Source of the DNA: Alphaproteobacteria bacterium
Lineage (GTDB): Bacteria; Pseudomonadota; Alphaproteobacteria; Bin95
DNA: 64,000 bases
Assembly (NCBI GenBank): GCA_964291285.2
Contig: OZ219787.1
Location: 1,600,001-1,664,000 of the forward strand
Direction of reading: 5' to 3'
Part shown: piece by piece, positions 46,452 through 59,103 of the stretch
How positions within the stretch are numbered: the stretch's first letter is position 1
How the letters are laid out: every line of letters begins with the position of its first letter
Made by a program: the position numbers and the translations under genes
Notes under the pieces: model-generated
Databases searched by the model: none
The model's input: only the letters and a program-made list of their open reading frames with translations
What the model was told of the DNA's origin: nothing

Positions 46452-47491
46452 TCAGGAAGCGCCGGCGATGGCCGCGTGCGGCGGTACGCAGTCGTCCCCG
46501 ACCAGGTGGCAGGAGACCAGATGCCCCGCGCGCACCTCGCGCAAGGCCGGCTTTTCGCGGTGGCACCGGTCCACGGCGAAGGGGCAGCGCGGCGCAAAGC
46601 GGCAGCCGGGCGGCGGGTCGATGGGATTGGGCGGGTCTCCCTGGAGGCGGACCCTGCCGTCCTGCCCGCTCGTGCGGCGCCTCGCGGAAGGCACGGCCGA
46701 GATCAACGCCCACGTATAGGGATGCAGCGGCAGGGTGAACAGCGAGATGCGGTCCGCCTGCTCGACGATCTCGCCGAGATACATCACCGCAATGTCGTCG
46801 CAGATATATTGCACCACGCCGAGATCGTGGGAGATGAACAGGTAGGTGAGGCCGAACCCCTCCTGCAATTCGCGGAGCAGATTCAGGATCTGTGCCTGGA
46901 TCGCCACATCGAGGGCGGAGACGGGCTCGTCGCAGACGATCAGGTCCGGTTGCGTCGCCAGCGCCCTCGCGACGCCGATCCGCTGGCGCTGGCCGCCCGA
47001 GAACTGGTGCGGGAAGAGCGCAGCCTGTTCGGGCCTGAGGCCGACACGGTCGAAGAGCTCGGCGACGCGGAGGTCCCGTTCGGCGGGGTCGCCGACATCC
47101 ATGAGCTCCATCGGCTCCCGTACGATGGCGCCGGCGCGCATGCGCGGATTGAGCGACGAGTAGGGGTCCTGGAACACGATCTGGATCTTGCGGCGCATCT
47201 CGCGCAGCGCATTGCCTCCCAGCGTTGTCATCTCAACGCCGTCCAGCCGGATCGACCCGCCGGTGACGGGCACCAGGCGCATGGCGGCGAGCGCGGCGGT
47301 CGTCTTGCCCGATCCGCTTTCGCCGACGATTCCGAAGGTCGAGCCCCGGCGCACTTGGTAGCTGATGCCGTCCACGGCATGAACCGTGCCGCCGGGGGTC
47401 AGGACATTGCGGCGGGGCAGGCGGAAATGGACCTTGAGGTCGCGGACGTCCAGCAGGTAGTCGGCGCCGCTGCCCTGTGTCTCCCCGCCCG

Positions 47492-47495
<4 letters not shown>
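46452..47495 (-). CDS. Dipeptide/oligopeptide-type ABC ATP-binding protein (DppF-like)
   Basis: GESGSGKT, FSGGQRQR, CDEPVSALD, C-terminal Cys cluster. Confidence 0.92.
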
Positions 47496-48493
<998 letters not shown>

Positions 48494-48496
48494 GGT

Positions 48497-49386
48497 TCAG
48501 CGCTCCCTGAGGCGGGGGTTGAAGGCGTCGTTCAACCCGTCCCCGATCAGGCTCACCGCCAGCACGGTCAGGAAGATCGCGACACCCGGAATGGTGACGG
48601 TCCAGGGGGCGTCCAGCAGGTAGTCGCGGTTGTCGCCGATGATCTTGCCCCAGCTCATCACATTGGGGTCGCTGAGTCCGAGGAAGCTGAGCGCCGCCTC
48701 GAACAGGATCGCGATGCCCACGGTGAGCGCGGCATTGACGATCAGCGGCGGCAGCGCATTGGGCAGGATCACGCGCCAGATGATGCGCCGGTCGCGCGAC
48801 CCGATGGACCGCGCGGCCTTCACGAATTCGAGCTCGCGAATGCGCATGAACTCGGCCCGCGCAAGACGGGCGACACCCGTCCAGGTCACGACGCCGATGG
48901 CGATGGCGACGGTCGGGAGCGTCGGCTCGAAGAGCGCCACCAGCACCATGGCCAGCAACAGCGGCGGCAGCACCTGGAAAAACTCGGTGATCCGCATCAG
49001 CACCTCGTCGACCCAGCCGCGGTAGTAGCCGGCGAGCGAGCCTATGGTGAGGCCGATGACGATGGTGAGCCCTGCCGCCGAGCCGCCTACCACAAGGGTA
49101 GCGCGCGCGCCGTAAACGATGGCCGTGAACATGTCGCGGCCGAGATTGTCGGTGCCGAGGAAGTAGCCGTCCTGCCCCGGCGGGGTGAAGGGCATCCACA
49201 CCATATCGAACGGGTCCACAGCCAGGATCACGGGCGCGAAGAGCGCCGCGAACACGATTGCCGCGAACACGATGAATCCGGCGACAGCCGCCCAGTTGCG
49301 CACATACATGCGCAGGAACTCGACGACCGGACGCTCGACGCGGACGGCTTCGGAGCCGCTTTCCGGCGCCGTTGTCGGGCGGTCCG

Positions 49387-49390
<4 letters not shown>
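48497..49390 (-). CDS. ABC permease (DppC-like)
   Basis: 'LGTD.LGRD', EAA loop 'EFVKAARSIG', 'EAALSFLGL'. Confidence 0.92.
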
Positions 49391-50370
<980 letters not shown>

Positions 50371-50401
50371 GACGCGGCCATCCTCGTCCTGAGGTCCCCG
50401 G

Positions 50402-50435
50402 CGCCGGGGCGGCTTCGGGTTACGCCGCCCCGGCG
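50402..50435. other. 12-bp stem-loop between binding-protein and permease genes
   Basis: CGCCGGGGCGGC-N10-GCCGCCCCGGCG; position typical of mRNA-stabilising hairpins in ABC operons. Confidence 0.55.
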
Positions 50436-50445
50436 TCCGGCCGGG

Positions 50446-52023
50446 CTACCTGATATAGACCTCGTCCCACGGCGAGCAGACGCCCCAGATGGAATCCACC
50501 GGCGGGTTGCCGATGCGCTCGTGGTTGAAGACCGTGTGGTAGGGCGAGGTGTGCAGATAGGCGATGGGCGCCTCATCGACGACCAGCTTCTGCATCTCCC
50601 CGTAGAGCGCCGCGCGCTTGCCGCGGTCCAGCTCCTTGCCCGCCTTGTCCATGACCGCATCGACCTCGGCGTTCTGGAACTGCTGGGTGTTGTGCCACGG
50701 CACGCCCGGGCGGATGTTCGTGGACTGGTAGGTGCGGTGCACGCCGATCACCGGGTCGCCCCAGTTGAAGACCGAGTCCATCGTCATGTCGAACTCGTGG
50801 TTGGAGACGGTCTTGATCCAGGCCCGGAAGTCCGCCGAGGCCTTGATGGTCACGTCGATGCCGACCTTCTTGAGCTGCGCCTTGACGAACTCGGTCTTGC
50901 GCTTCCAGGTGCCGCCGGCGGGGATGTAGTCGAGCGTGGTGCGGATGCGGATGCCGTCACCGTCCGGCGTATAGCCGGCCTCGTCCAGCAGCGCCTTCGC
51001 CTTCTCGACGTCGTAGTCGTAGGGGTTCACATCCTTCGGCGCGAACACGCTGCCCGGATGGATCGGGCCGAGCGAGCGCTGCGCATAGCCGCCGTAGAGC
51101 ACCTTGAGGATGAACTCCTTGTCGATGGCGTAGGCGATGGCTTGGCGCACGCGCTTGTCGTCGAAGGGCTTGCGCTTGGTATTGAAGGCCAGCCACTCCA
51201 ACGGGCCGATGGCCGAGTAGCCGTCCGGCGTCAGCGTCAGGTGTTCGTTCTTCTTCAGGCGGTCGAGGACCGGTGCGTCGGACTCGAAGGCGGTCAGGTC
51301 CACATCGCCCTTCTCCAGCGCGATCACGCGGCTCGTGTTCTCGGCGATCTTCTTGTAGACGATCCGGTCGATATAGGGCTTGCCCTCGAGGAAGTAGTCC
51401 TCGTTGCGCTCCAGAATGATGTATTCGCCGGGCTTGAACTCCTTCAGCTTGAAGGGGCCGGAGCCGACGATGTCCTGGCTGTTCTGCGGATGCTGGCGGA
51501 TATTGTCGGTATTGCCATAGACATGCTTCGGAATGACCACGCCGAGCTGCGAGGAGAACGCCAGCAGGATCGCCGGGTGCGGGTTGCTCAGATTGAACAC
51601 CGCGGTCTGCGGATCCGGCGTATCGATGGATTTCACCGGCGCATACATGGGCTTGAACGGGTGGTGTTGCTGGTAGGTCTCGATGGAGAACTTCACATCC
51701 TCCGAGGTGATCGGCTTGCCGTCATGGAAGCGCGCGTTGTCCCGCAGCTTGACAGTCACCGTCAGGCCGTCGTCGGAAATGTCCCAGCTTTCCGCCAGAT
51801 AGGGCTTCGGGTTCCACTCGTCGTCGAACCGGAGCAGCGCCGCGAAGAGCTGCGTTCCGGGGATGCCGGTGGGCGTGCCCGATGCGATCGTCGGGTTGAA
51901 GTGCCCGGCGATGATCCGGTACGAGAATGTAAGCGTGCCGCCCCGCTTGGGCTCCTCCGCCGAGACTGCCGCCGCGGCCAGCACGGCCGCTGCGGCACTC
52001 AGCGCAACCAAGAATTTCTTCAT
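50446..52023 (-). CDS. ABC substrate-binding protein, family 5 (DppA-like)
   Basis: Signal peptide; 'PKRGGTL', 'P.LAESW..S.DG', 'FHDG.P.T.EDV.FS', 'GSGPF', 'VRQAI.YAID'. Confidence 0.92.
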   Translation of the reverse strand: MKKFLVALSAAAAVLAAAAVSAEEPKRGGTLTFSYRIIAGHFNPTIASGTPTGIPGTQLFAALLRFDDEWNPKPYLAESWDISDDGLTVTVKLRDNARFHDGKPITSEDVKFSIETYQQHHPFKPMYAPVKSIDTPDPQTAVFNLSNPHPAILLAFSSQLGVVIPKHVYGNTDNIRQHPQNSQDIVGSGPFKLKEFKPGEYIILERNEDYFLEGKPYIDRIVYKKIAENTSRVIALEKGDVDLTAFESDAPVLDRLKKNEHLTLTPDGYSAIGPLEWLAFNTKRKPFDDKRVRQAIAYAIDKEFILKVLYGGYAQRSLGPIHPGSVFAPKDVNPYDYDVEKAKALLDEAGYTPDGDGIRIRTTLDYIPAGGTWKRKTEFVKAQLKKVGIDVTIKASADFRAWIKTVSNHEFDMTMDSVFNWGDPVIGVHRTYQSTNIRPGVPWHNTQQFQNAEVDAVMDKAGKELDRGKRAALYGEMQKLVVDEAPIAYLHTSPYHTVFNHERIGNPPVDSIWGVCSPWDEVYIR

Positions 52024-52189
52024 GCCTGTTTCCTCCCGATGGGTTCCCGGTCCCGTCCCGAACTCCGGAGTTGCCATGAGGCACAAACAGCCCCGGAACC
52101 GCCGGCATCCTCGAAGGTCGCGGATTTGTTGTCAACGGCGCGGGCTGGCGGCATCGGTCCTGCTGCCGGAGCGGAGGGACCGTCGCGAG

Positions 52190-52710
52190 ATGTCATGGGA
52201 TGTCATGTTTTGCTGCGAGCGCTGACAGGGTGCTGCGCGAAGTGTCATGGAATGTCATGCGATGTCATGATCTGCATGCGGCTGGTGCATACCGGATGGC
52301 CCGTTCGGGCATAGTGCCGTCCGTTCCGCCGGCGGGAGCTCCGGATATTCCGTCCGGTTTTTTCGAAGTAGCGTTTCCGGCATGGTTCCTTCCTTTCGAT
52401 CCATCTTCGTTCCGTTCTCCCCGCCGCCGTCCCGCCGGAGCAGCGGACCCTGATTCGCGCGTAACGTGCGCCTCCGCGCCCGCGCCCGCCGGCGCGCGCT
52501 GCGCGGCGGCGCGGTTCGTGCGCCTGATTGCGCGCGCGAGGCCGCAGACGCACTTCTCCCGTCAGCTTCTCAGGGGTTTTTTTCGCGCCGGCGCGAACCG
52601 GGAAGGGGCGGCTCCGCGCGGACGCCGCCTCCTTGTCTCCGGTCTCATATAGGCAGGAGATTCCTGGAAAGCAAGGGTATTTTAAGAATTATTTCTGTTT
52701 TTCCGAACAA
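52190..52710 (-). repeat. Dispersed ~500-bp element, copy B (boundaries approximate)
   Basis: Reverse-complement match to blocks of copy A (52507-52535, 52453-52463, 52608-52628, 52685-52693); TGTCATG at 52191, 52201, 52243, 52253, 52263. Confidence 0.7.
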
Positions 52711-52806
52711 ACAGCAAGTCGTACGACTGCTCGTCTGTCGTATCTCCCGCATGTTGGGGCGGCGGGGGAGAGGCCTTCTTCGCCTGTCAACGCCCCGCCG
52801 GGTGCC

Positions 52807-54357
52807 TCATGGGCGGATGGCGAAGCGGGAGGGGCCGCGCCCGGCTTCGAGCTGCTGCTGGCTCCATTCGACCCACTCGCACAGCATCGGCCGGGTCTCG
52901 CGGGGGTCGATGAGTTCGTGCATGGAGAAGCTTTCCGCGCGCCGGGCCGGGGAGAGCGTCGCGGCCATGCGTGCCTCGATCTCGGCGCGTTTCCCCTCCG
53001 GGTCTTCCGCGGCGGCGATCTCGCGCCCGAAGGCGACCGCCACGCCCCCTTCGAGCGGCAGGGCGCCCATCTCGGCCGACGGCCAGCCGAGAACATAGGC
53101 GCCGGGGCCGTAATGCGCGCCCTGGGCGACGCCGAAGGACTTGCGCATGATGACCGACGCCCAGGGCGACCGGCAGGTTGCCGCCGCCAGCACGGCAGAC
53201 GTGCCGGCGCGGATGGCGCCCTCCTGCTCCGCCTGGCTGCCGATCATGAAGCCCGGCTCGTCCACGAAGCTCACGATCGGCAGGTTGAAGGTCTCGCAGA
53301 ACTCGATGAAGCGCCTGGCCTTGCGCGCGCCGTCCGCGGTCATGGCGCCGGCATAGAAGCGCGAATCGTTGGAGAAGACGCCGACCGGGTAGCCGTTCAG
53401 CCGGGCGAGCATGGTGATCTGGCCCGGACCGTATTGCCGCGACATCTCGAATATCGAGTCCTGGTCCACGATCATGGATATGGCGCGGCGCATGTTGAAG
53501 AATTTGCGCCGGTTCTCCGGCACGATGCCGCGCAATTCCTCGTCGGCGCGCGCGGGGTCGTCGTCTGCCTCCGCGCGCGCCGGCACTTGCCAGGCGTTCT
53601 GCGGCAGGTAGGAGAGGAAGCGGCGGATCTGCGCGAGCGCGTCCGCCTCGTCCTCCGCGATATTGTCGATGGCGCCGGACCTGGCATGGACCTGGACGCC
53701 GCCCAGCTCCTCCTTGGTCACGTCCTCGCCGAGCGCCCGCTTGACGACCGCCGGGCCGGCGATCAGCACCTGGGCAGTTTCCTTCGTCATCACCGCGAAA
53801 TGCGCCGCGACAAGCCGGGAGGCCGGCAGGCCAGCGACCGGCCCGAGCGCCGCCGTCGCCACCGGCACCGCGCCCATGCACTCCGCCACCGAGGCGAAGC
53901 GGCGCGGCGCATGGACCGGCTCGCCGACCGGGCCGCCGCCGCCCGCGCCGGTGACGCTGCCGCCGCCGCCCTCATGCAGGCGGATGAGCGGCACGCGGTA
54001 TTGCAGCGCCAGGTCCTCGATATAGACGCTCTTGCGCAGGCCCGCCGCGTTCGGCGAGCCGCCGCGCACGGTGAAATCCTCGCCGCCGACGGCCGCGAGC
54101 CGGCCGTCGATGCGGCCCATGCCGACCACGAAATTGGCGGGCGTGAAGCTCTTGAGCGTCCCGTCCGCATGGCGCTCGACGCCGCCCGCCCCGCGCCCGT
54201 GCTCGCGGAAACTGCCGGGATCGACCAGGCCGTCGATGCGCTCGCGGACGGTCAGGCGGCCCTGCGCATGCTGGCGCGCCACCGCCTCCGCGCCGCCCTG
54301 CTCCAGCGCCGCCCTGCGCTTGGCGTGAATATCCTCGATCTCGCGAGACCAGCCCAT
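52807..54357 (-). CDS. Acyl-CoA carboxylase carboxyltransferase subunit
   Basis: 'G.LTVRERI..L.D.GSF.E', 'DFTV.GGS', 'AGP.VV', 'EELGG..VH', 'D.PGF.IG', 'IDPRETR'. Confidence 0.9.
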   Translation of the reverse strand: MGWSREIEDIHAKRRAALEQGGAEAVARQHAQGRLTVRERIDGLVDPGSFREHGRGAGGVERHADGTLKSFTPANFVVGMGRIDGRLAAVGGEDFTVRGGSPNAAGLRKSVYIEDLALQYRVPLIRLHEGGGGSVTGAGGGGPVGEPVHAPRRFASVAECMGAVPVATAALGPVAGLPASRLVAAHFAVMTKETAQVLIAGPAVVKRALGEDVTKEELGGVQVHARSGAIDNIAEDEADALAQIRRFLSYLPQNAWQVPARAEADDDPARADEELRGIVPENRRKFFNMRRAISMIVDQDSIFEMSRQYGPGQITMLARLNGYPVGVFSNDSRFYAGAMTADGARKARRFIEFCETFNLPIVSFVDEPGFMIGSQAEQEGAIRAGTSAVLAAATCRSPWASVIMRKSFGVAQGAHYGPGAYVLGWPSAEMGALPLEGGVAVAFGREIAAAEDPEGKRAEIEARMAATLSPARRAESFSMHELIDPRETRPMLCEWVEWSQQQLEAGRGPSRFAIRP

Positions 54358-54385
54358 CCGTCTTTCCTTGCGGTTTCGGACGCCG

Positions 54386-54895
54386 TCAGTCGGCGCGTTC
54401 CACGGCCGAACTTAGCATTGCGACGGCGCATTCGACGGCGGCGCAGCGTATCTCTGCGCGGTCGCCCTTGAGGTTGCGCTTCGAGGCCGCGGTTTCGCCG
54501 CCGGCGGACGCGACCGCCAGCCAGACCGTGCCGACCGGCTTTTCGGCCGAGCCGCCGCCCGGGCCGGCCACGCCGGTGACGGCGACGGCGAGGCGCGCGT
54601 CCGGGCCGCAGCGGGCGAGGGCGCCTGCCGCCATTTCCCGCGCTGTTTCGCCGCTGACCGCGCCGTGGGCGGCGAGCGTTTCCGGGCGGACGCCGAGCAT
54701 GTCCTGCTTGGCCTCGTTGGAATAGGTGACGAAACCGCGCCCGACCACGTCGGAAGAGCCCGGTATCTCGGTCAGCAGCGCGGCGACGAGGCCGCCGGTG
54801 CAGGACTCGGCCGTCGTCAGCCGGAGGCCCCTCGCGCGGCATGTGTCGAGCAGGGTTTCCGCCGCTTCCAGCAGGTCATCCGAAAAGAACGCCAT
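54386..54895 (-). CDS. cinA: CinA C-terminal domain protein (NMN deamidase PncC-like)
   Basis: AESCTGG, 'PGSS', 'YSN.AK', 'GAVS', 'TGVAGPGGG..KPVG'. Confidence 0.9.
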   Translation of the reverse strand: MAFFSDDLLEAAETLLDTCRARGLRLTTAESCTGGLVAALLTEIPGSSDVVGRGFVTYSNEAKQDMLGVRPETLAAHGAVSGETAREMAAGALARCGPDARLAVAVTGVAGPGGGSAEKPVGTVWLAVASAGGETAASKRNLKGDRAEIRCAAVECAVAMLSSAVERAD

Positions 54896-55340
54896 GTCCC
54901 AGCCCCCGATCGGCAAGGTGGAGAAGTGCGGCCGCGCCGCCCGCCGCCGCGATATCGTCCGCCATCACGCCCGCGCCGCCGGCGACCCGGCGCTCGATCC
55001 ATCCTATCGGCGGCGGCTTGGCGATGTCGAACAGGCGGAAGGCGGCGAAGCCGAGGGCGTAGGCGAGCAGGTCGAGCGGCAGCGTCGCCAGCACCAGCCA
55101 CTGCCCCACGACCTCGTCGACGACGACCGCAGGGGAGTCGCGCTCGCCCGTTTCGCGCTCATGGCGCGAGGCCGCATGGCAGCCGGCGAGGCCCAGCAGC
55201 ACCGCCGCGCCCGCCAGCGCCCACGGCCCGCCCGCCCAGGCGATGGCCCAGGCCGGGGGCAGGGCGGCGAGCGAGGCCCAGCTTCCCGGCGCGCGGGGCA
55301 GGCGGCCCAGCCCGAAGACGGTGGCGACGGGGTGCCTCAC
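54876..55340 (-). CDS. pgpA: Phosphatidylglycerophosphatase A
   Basis: 'GLG..P.APGSW.S', 'D....VVDEVVGQW', 'FRLFDI.KP.PI', 'GVMADD'. Confidence 0.9.
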   Translation of the reverse strand: MRHPVATVFGLGRLPRAPGSWASLAALPPAWAIAWAGGPWALAGAAVLLGLAGCHAASRHERETGERDSPAVVVDEVVGQWLVLATLPLDLLAYALGFAAFRLFDIAKPPPIGWIERRVAGGAGVMADDIAAAGGAAALLHLADRGLGHGVLFG

Positions 55341-56461
55341 GGCAGCGCCAGGGTCGCCGTCGCCTGGGCGGCGATGCCCTCGCCGCGTCCGGTGAAGCCC
55401 AGCCGCTCCGACGTCGTCGCCTTGACCGACACGCGGTCCGCCGGGATGGCGAGGATGCGGGCGAGTTCGGCGCGCATGGCGTCGCGGTGGGGGCCGATGC
55501 GCGGCGCTTCGCAGACGAGCGTCACGTCGCAATGCAGGATGCGCCCGCTGCGCGCCGCCGCCATGTCGCGCGCGTGCGCCAGGAATATCTCCGAGGCCGC
55601 GCCCTTCCATTGCGGGTCCGACGGCGGGAAGTGCCGGCCGATATCGCCTTCGGCCAGCGCGCCGAGGATCGCGTCGGTGAGCGCGTGCATGCCGACATCG
55701 GCGTCGGAATGGCCGGCGAGCGTCCTGTCGTGCGCAATGCGGACGCCGCAGAGGATGACGCCGTCGCCGGGCGCGAACCGGTGGACGTCGAAGCCGTGGC
55801 CGGTGCGGATGTCGGGCCCCGAGAACCGGGCGTCGTCGCCGGGTTCCGTGATCTTTTCGAGCCGGGCGTCGCCCTCGACCACGGCGACGCTCAGGCCGGC
55901 GGCTTCGGCGAGCGCCGTGTCGTCGGAAAAGGAGGCGGGCGCGGCCTGCCTGTGCGCCTCGAGCAATGCCGGAAACCGGAACCCCTGGGGCGTCTGGATG
56001 CGCCAGAGGCCGTCGCGGGAGACGGTGCCGGCGGACCGGCCGTCCTCGACCCGCTTCAGGGTATCGGCGACCGGCAGGCCCGGCGCGGCGCCGTCATGCG
56101 CCTCCAGCGCCTCCAGCAGCCGCCTCACGACCGCCGGGGGGAGGTCCGGGCGCGCGGCGTCGTGGACCAGGACATGCGCGGGCGGGTCGCCGGCCAGCGC
56201 CTCCAGGCCGTTGCGGACGCTCGCCTGCCGGTCCGGCCCGCCGAAGACCGGCGGCAGGAGGTCGAGGCCGGCGGTCGCCGCGCGGTAGCGTTCGCCGTCG
56301 TCCGGGTGGATGACGCACAGCACCGGCATGAAGGGGCGCAGCGCCATCGCGGCGGCGGCCAGAACCGTCCTGTCGCCCAGGGGCAGATACTGCTTGGGCT
56401 CCGGGCCGCCGAAGCGCGTTCCGCGGCCTGCCGCGACGATAAGGGCGATCCGGTCCCGCAT
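55337..56461 (-). CDS. ispDF: Bifunctional IspD/IspF
   Basis: AAGRG.R, KQY, VHDAARP, QTPQGF, TDD-like 'SDD'; then G.GFDVH, HSDADV..HA..DA, VKATT.E.LG. Confidence 0.95.
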   Translation of the reverse strand: MRDRIALIVAAGRGTRFGGPEPKQYLPLGDRTVLAAAAMALRPFMPVLCVIHPDDGERYRAATAGLDLLPPVFGGPDRQASVRNGLEALAGDPPAHVLVHDAARPDLPPAVVRRLLEALEAHDGAAPGLPVADTLKRVEDGRSAGTVSRDGLWRIQTPQGFRFPALLEAHRQAAPASFSDDTALAEAAGLSVAVVEGDARLEKITEPGDDARFSGPDIRTGHGFDVHRFAPGDGVILCGVRIAHDRTLAGHSDADVGMHALTDAILGALAEGDIGRHFPPSDPQWKGAASEIFLAHARDMAAARSGRILHCDVTLVCEAPRIGPHRDAMRAELARILAIPADRVSVKATTSERLGFTGRGEGIAAQATATLALP

Positions 56462-56525
56462 GGCGGCAGAGCATATTCCAGAACCGCGGCGGCGGCGCAA
56501 CGGGTCGATCGCCGCAATCCGGAGT

Positions 56526-56569
56526 TGATTATGATTTGTGCAAACGCTATTCCGGTCACAAAGTAGGCA
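56526..56569. promoter_or_regulatory. Divergent ispDF/ntrB promoter region with two possible degenerate NtrC boxes
   Basis: TGATT-N7-GTGCA and CGGTC-N7-AGGCA resemble half-matches to TGCAC-N7-GTGCA; weak. Confidence 0.3.
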
Positions 56570-56581
56570 TTTCAGTTGGCC

Positions 56582-57658
56582 ATGACAGACGCAGCGGCGA
56601 TAATTTCCGCCTTGAGCGCGGCGGTGTTCACGGTGGACCGAACCGGCGCGGTCACGTCCTTCAACCCGGCCGCCGAGGGCCTGCTGAACACAGGCGCTCC
56701 ACAGGCCCTGGGGCAGCCTCTCAGCCGGATCCTGCCGGAGGACCACCCCCTGTTCGGCATGATCGAGACCGTGCGCGAGCAGGGCGTCAACCTCACCGAA
56801 TACGAGGTTTCCATCGAGACGCCGCGCGTGAAACTGCCCGTGGCGGTTGCGCAATTGTCTCCCGTTGCCGAGGAGGCCGGGGCCGTCGCGGTCATGCTCG
56901 TGCCGATGACGCTTGCCCGGGAGATCGACAGGCACCTCGTGCATCGCGGCGCGGCGCGGTCGGTCGGCGGCATGGCGGCCATGCTCGCCCACGAGATCAA
57001 GAACCCGCTTGCCGGAATCCGGGGCGCCGCCCAGCTTATCGAGGCGAATGTCGATACGGGCGACAAGGAGCTGGCGGCGCTCATCCGCGAGGAGGCGGAC
57101 CGGGTGGCCGCGCTGGTCAACCGCATGGAAGCGTTTGCCGGGCCGGACGGCCTCGAACGCAAGCCCGTCAATATCCATGAAGTCCTGAACCGGGTGCGCA
57201 AGGTTTCCGAGACGGGGTTCGCCTCGAAGATCGCGTTCGTGGAGGAATACGACCCGTCGCTGCCGCCGGTCCCGGGCGACCATGACCGGCTGGTGCAGGT
57301 GTTTCTCAACCTCGTGAAGAACGCCGCCGAGGCCTGTCCCGAAGACGGCGGGGAGATCCTGTTGCGTACCGTCTATCGCCATGGCGAAAGGCTTGCGGTT
57401 TCCGGGAGCGGCAGGCGCATACATCTGCCGCTCGAGGTTACCGTGCAGGACAATGGCCGCGGCATTCCGGAGGAGTTGCACAGGACGCTGTTCGACCCCT
57501 TCGTGAGCGGCAAGCAGGGCGGGCAGGGGCTCGGTCTCTCGCTCGTCGCCAAGATCGTGGACGAGCATGCCGGCGCCGTCGCGTTCGAGAGCGAGCCCCG
57601 GCGCACTGTCTTTCGCGTCCTGCTGCCTGTAGATACCGAGGAAGGAGGTGTGCGGTGA
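56582..57658 (+). CDS. ntrB: Nitrogen regulation sensor kinase NtrB
   Basis: PAS domain; '[18 protein letters not shown]', 'YDPSLP', '[10 protein letters not shown]', 'GLGL'. Confidence 0.93.
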   Translation: MTDAAAIISALSAAVFTVDRTGAVTSFNPAAEGLLNTGAPQALGQPLSRILPEDHPLFGMIETVREQGVNLTEYEVSIETPRVKLPVAVAQLSPVAEEAGAVAVMLVPMTLAREIDRHLVHRGAARSVGGMAAMLAHEIKNPLAGIRGAAQLIEANVDTGDKELAALIREEADRVAALVNRMEAFAGPDGLERKPVNIHEVLNRVRKVSETGFASKIAFVEEYDPSLPPVPGDHDRLVQVFLNLVKNAAEACPEDGGEILLRTVYRHGERLAVSGSGRRIHLPLEVTVQDNGRGIPEELHRTLFDPFVSGKQGGQGLGLSLVAKIVDEHAGAVAFESEPRRTVFRVLLPVDTEEGGVR

Positions 57659-59103
57659 GCGCCACCGTTCTTGTCGCCGACGACGACCGCGCCGTGCGCA
57701 CCGTGCTAAGCCACGCGCTCGGACGGGCCGGCTACGAGGTGAAGGCAACCAGCAATGCCGCCACGCTTTGGCATTGGGTGCAGGAAGGCGAGGGCGACCT
57801 GGTAATTACCGACGTGGTGATGCCGGACGAGAACGGCCTCGACCTGGTGCCCCGGATCCGCCGGCGGAGGCCAGAGTTGCGCGTCATCGTGATGAGCGCC
57901 AGATCCACCCTGCAGACCGCCGTCAAGGCGGCTGAGCGCGGCGCGTTCGAATATCTGCCCAAGCCGTTTGACATTGCCGAACTGATCGGCATCGTGCAGC
58001 GCGCGTTGAGCGTGCCGCTGGCCGACCCGCCGGTCGAGCGGGAGGAGGACGAAGCCGACCGCCTGCCCCTGATCGGCCGTTCGCCGGCCATGCAGGAAAT
58101 CTACCGGGTTGTCGCGCGGCTGGTCGGCGTGGACCTCACGGTGACGATCACCGGCGAATCGGGCACCGGAAAGGAACTCATCGCACGGGCGCTGCACGAC
58201 TATGGAACCCGGCGCAACGGACCGTTCGTCGCCATCAACATGGCGGCAATCCCGAAGGACCTCATCGAGGCCGAACTGTTCGGGCATGAGCGCGGGGCCT
58301 TCACCGGCGCCTCGCAGCGCATGGCCGGGCGCTTCGAGCAGGCGGAAGGCGGCACGCTCTTCCTCGACGAGATCGGCGACATGCCGATGGAAGCGCAGAC
58401 CCGGCTTCTGCGCGTGCTGCAGGAGGGCGAATACACCCGGGTCGGCGGCCGGCAGCCGCTCCGCGCCAATGTCCGCATCGTGGCCGCCACTCACCGCGAC
58501 CTGCGCCTGGCCATCCGGCAGGGGCTGTTCCGTGAAGATCTCTTCTACCGGCTGAATGTTGTGCCGCTGCGCGTGCCGCCGCTGCGTCATCGCCGCGAGG
58601 ACATTGCGGAACTCGTCGCCCATTTCCTTGCCGTCGCGCGCCGCGAGGGCCTCGGCGCCAAGACGATCGACAGCGACGCGATGCGCCGCCTGCGCGCCTA
58701 TTCCTGGCCCGGCAATGTCCGCGAGCTCGAAAACCTCATCCGGCGGGTCGCCGCCCTTTATCCGCAGGACACGGTCGGCATCGACATCGTCGAGGCGGAA
58801 CTCGCGGAGATCGCCGAGGAAGCGTCCGACGAGCTTCCCGCGCGCACGGAACGGGCCGAGTCGCTCGCCGAGGCGGTGGACATTCACCTGCGCCGGCACT
58901 TCGCGCTCGACGGCGACAGCCTTCCGGAGGCGGGCCTTTACGAACGCATCGTCCGCGAGGTCGAGCGCCCGCTGATCCAGCATTGCCTAGCGGCAACGAA
59001 TGGCAACCAGATCAAGTCCGCGGAAATTCTCGGCCTCAACCGGAATACGCTGCGCAAGAAGATCCGGTATCTCGAAATTCCGGTGGTTCGCGGTTTGCGC
59101 TGA
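57655..59103 (+). CDS. ntrC: Nitrogen regulation response regulator NtrC
   Basis: Receiver domain, [22 protein letters not shown], Fis-type HTH '[12 protein letters not shown]'. Confidence 0.95.
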   Translation: MSATVLVADDDRAVRTVLSHALGRAGYEVKATSNAATLWHWVQEGEGDLVITDVVMPDENGLDLVPRIRRRRPELRVIVMSARSTLQTAVKAAERGAFEYLPKPFDIAELIGIVQRALSVPLADPPVEREEDEADRLPLIGRSPAMQEIYRVVARLVGVDLTVTITGESGTGKELIARALHDYGTRRNGPFVAINMAAIPKDLIEAELFGHERGAFTGASQRMAGRFEQAEGGTLFLDEIGDMPMEAQTRLLRVLQEGEYTRVGGRQPLRANVRIVAATHRDLRLAIRQGLFREDLFYRLNVVPLRVPPLRHRREDIAELVAHFLAVARREGLGAKTIDSDAMRRLRAYSWPGNVRELENLIRRVAALYPQDTVGIDIVEAELAEIAEEASDELPARTERAESLAEAVDIHLRRHFALDGDSLPEAGLYERIVREVERPLIQHCLAATNGNQIKSAEILGLNRNTLRKKIRYLEIPVVRGLR

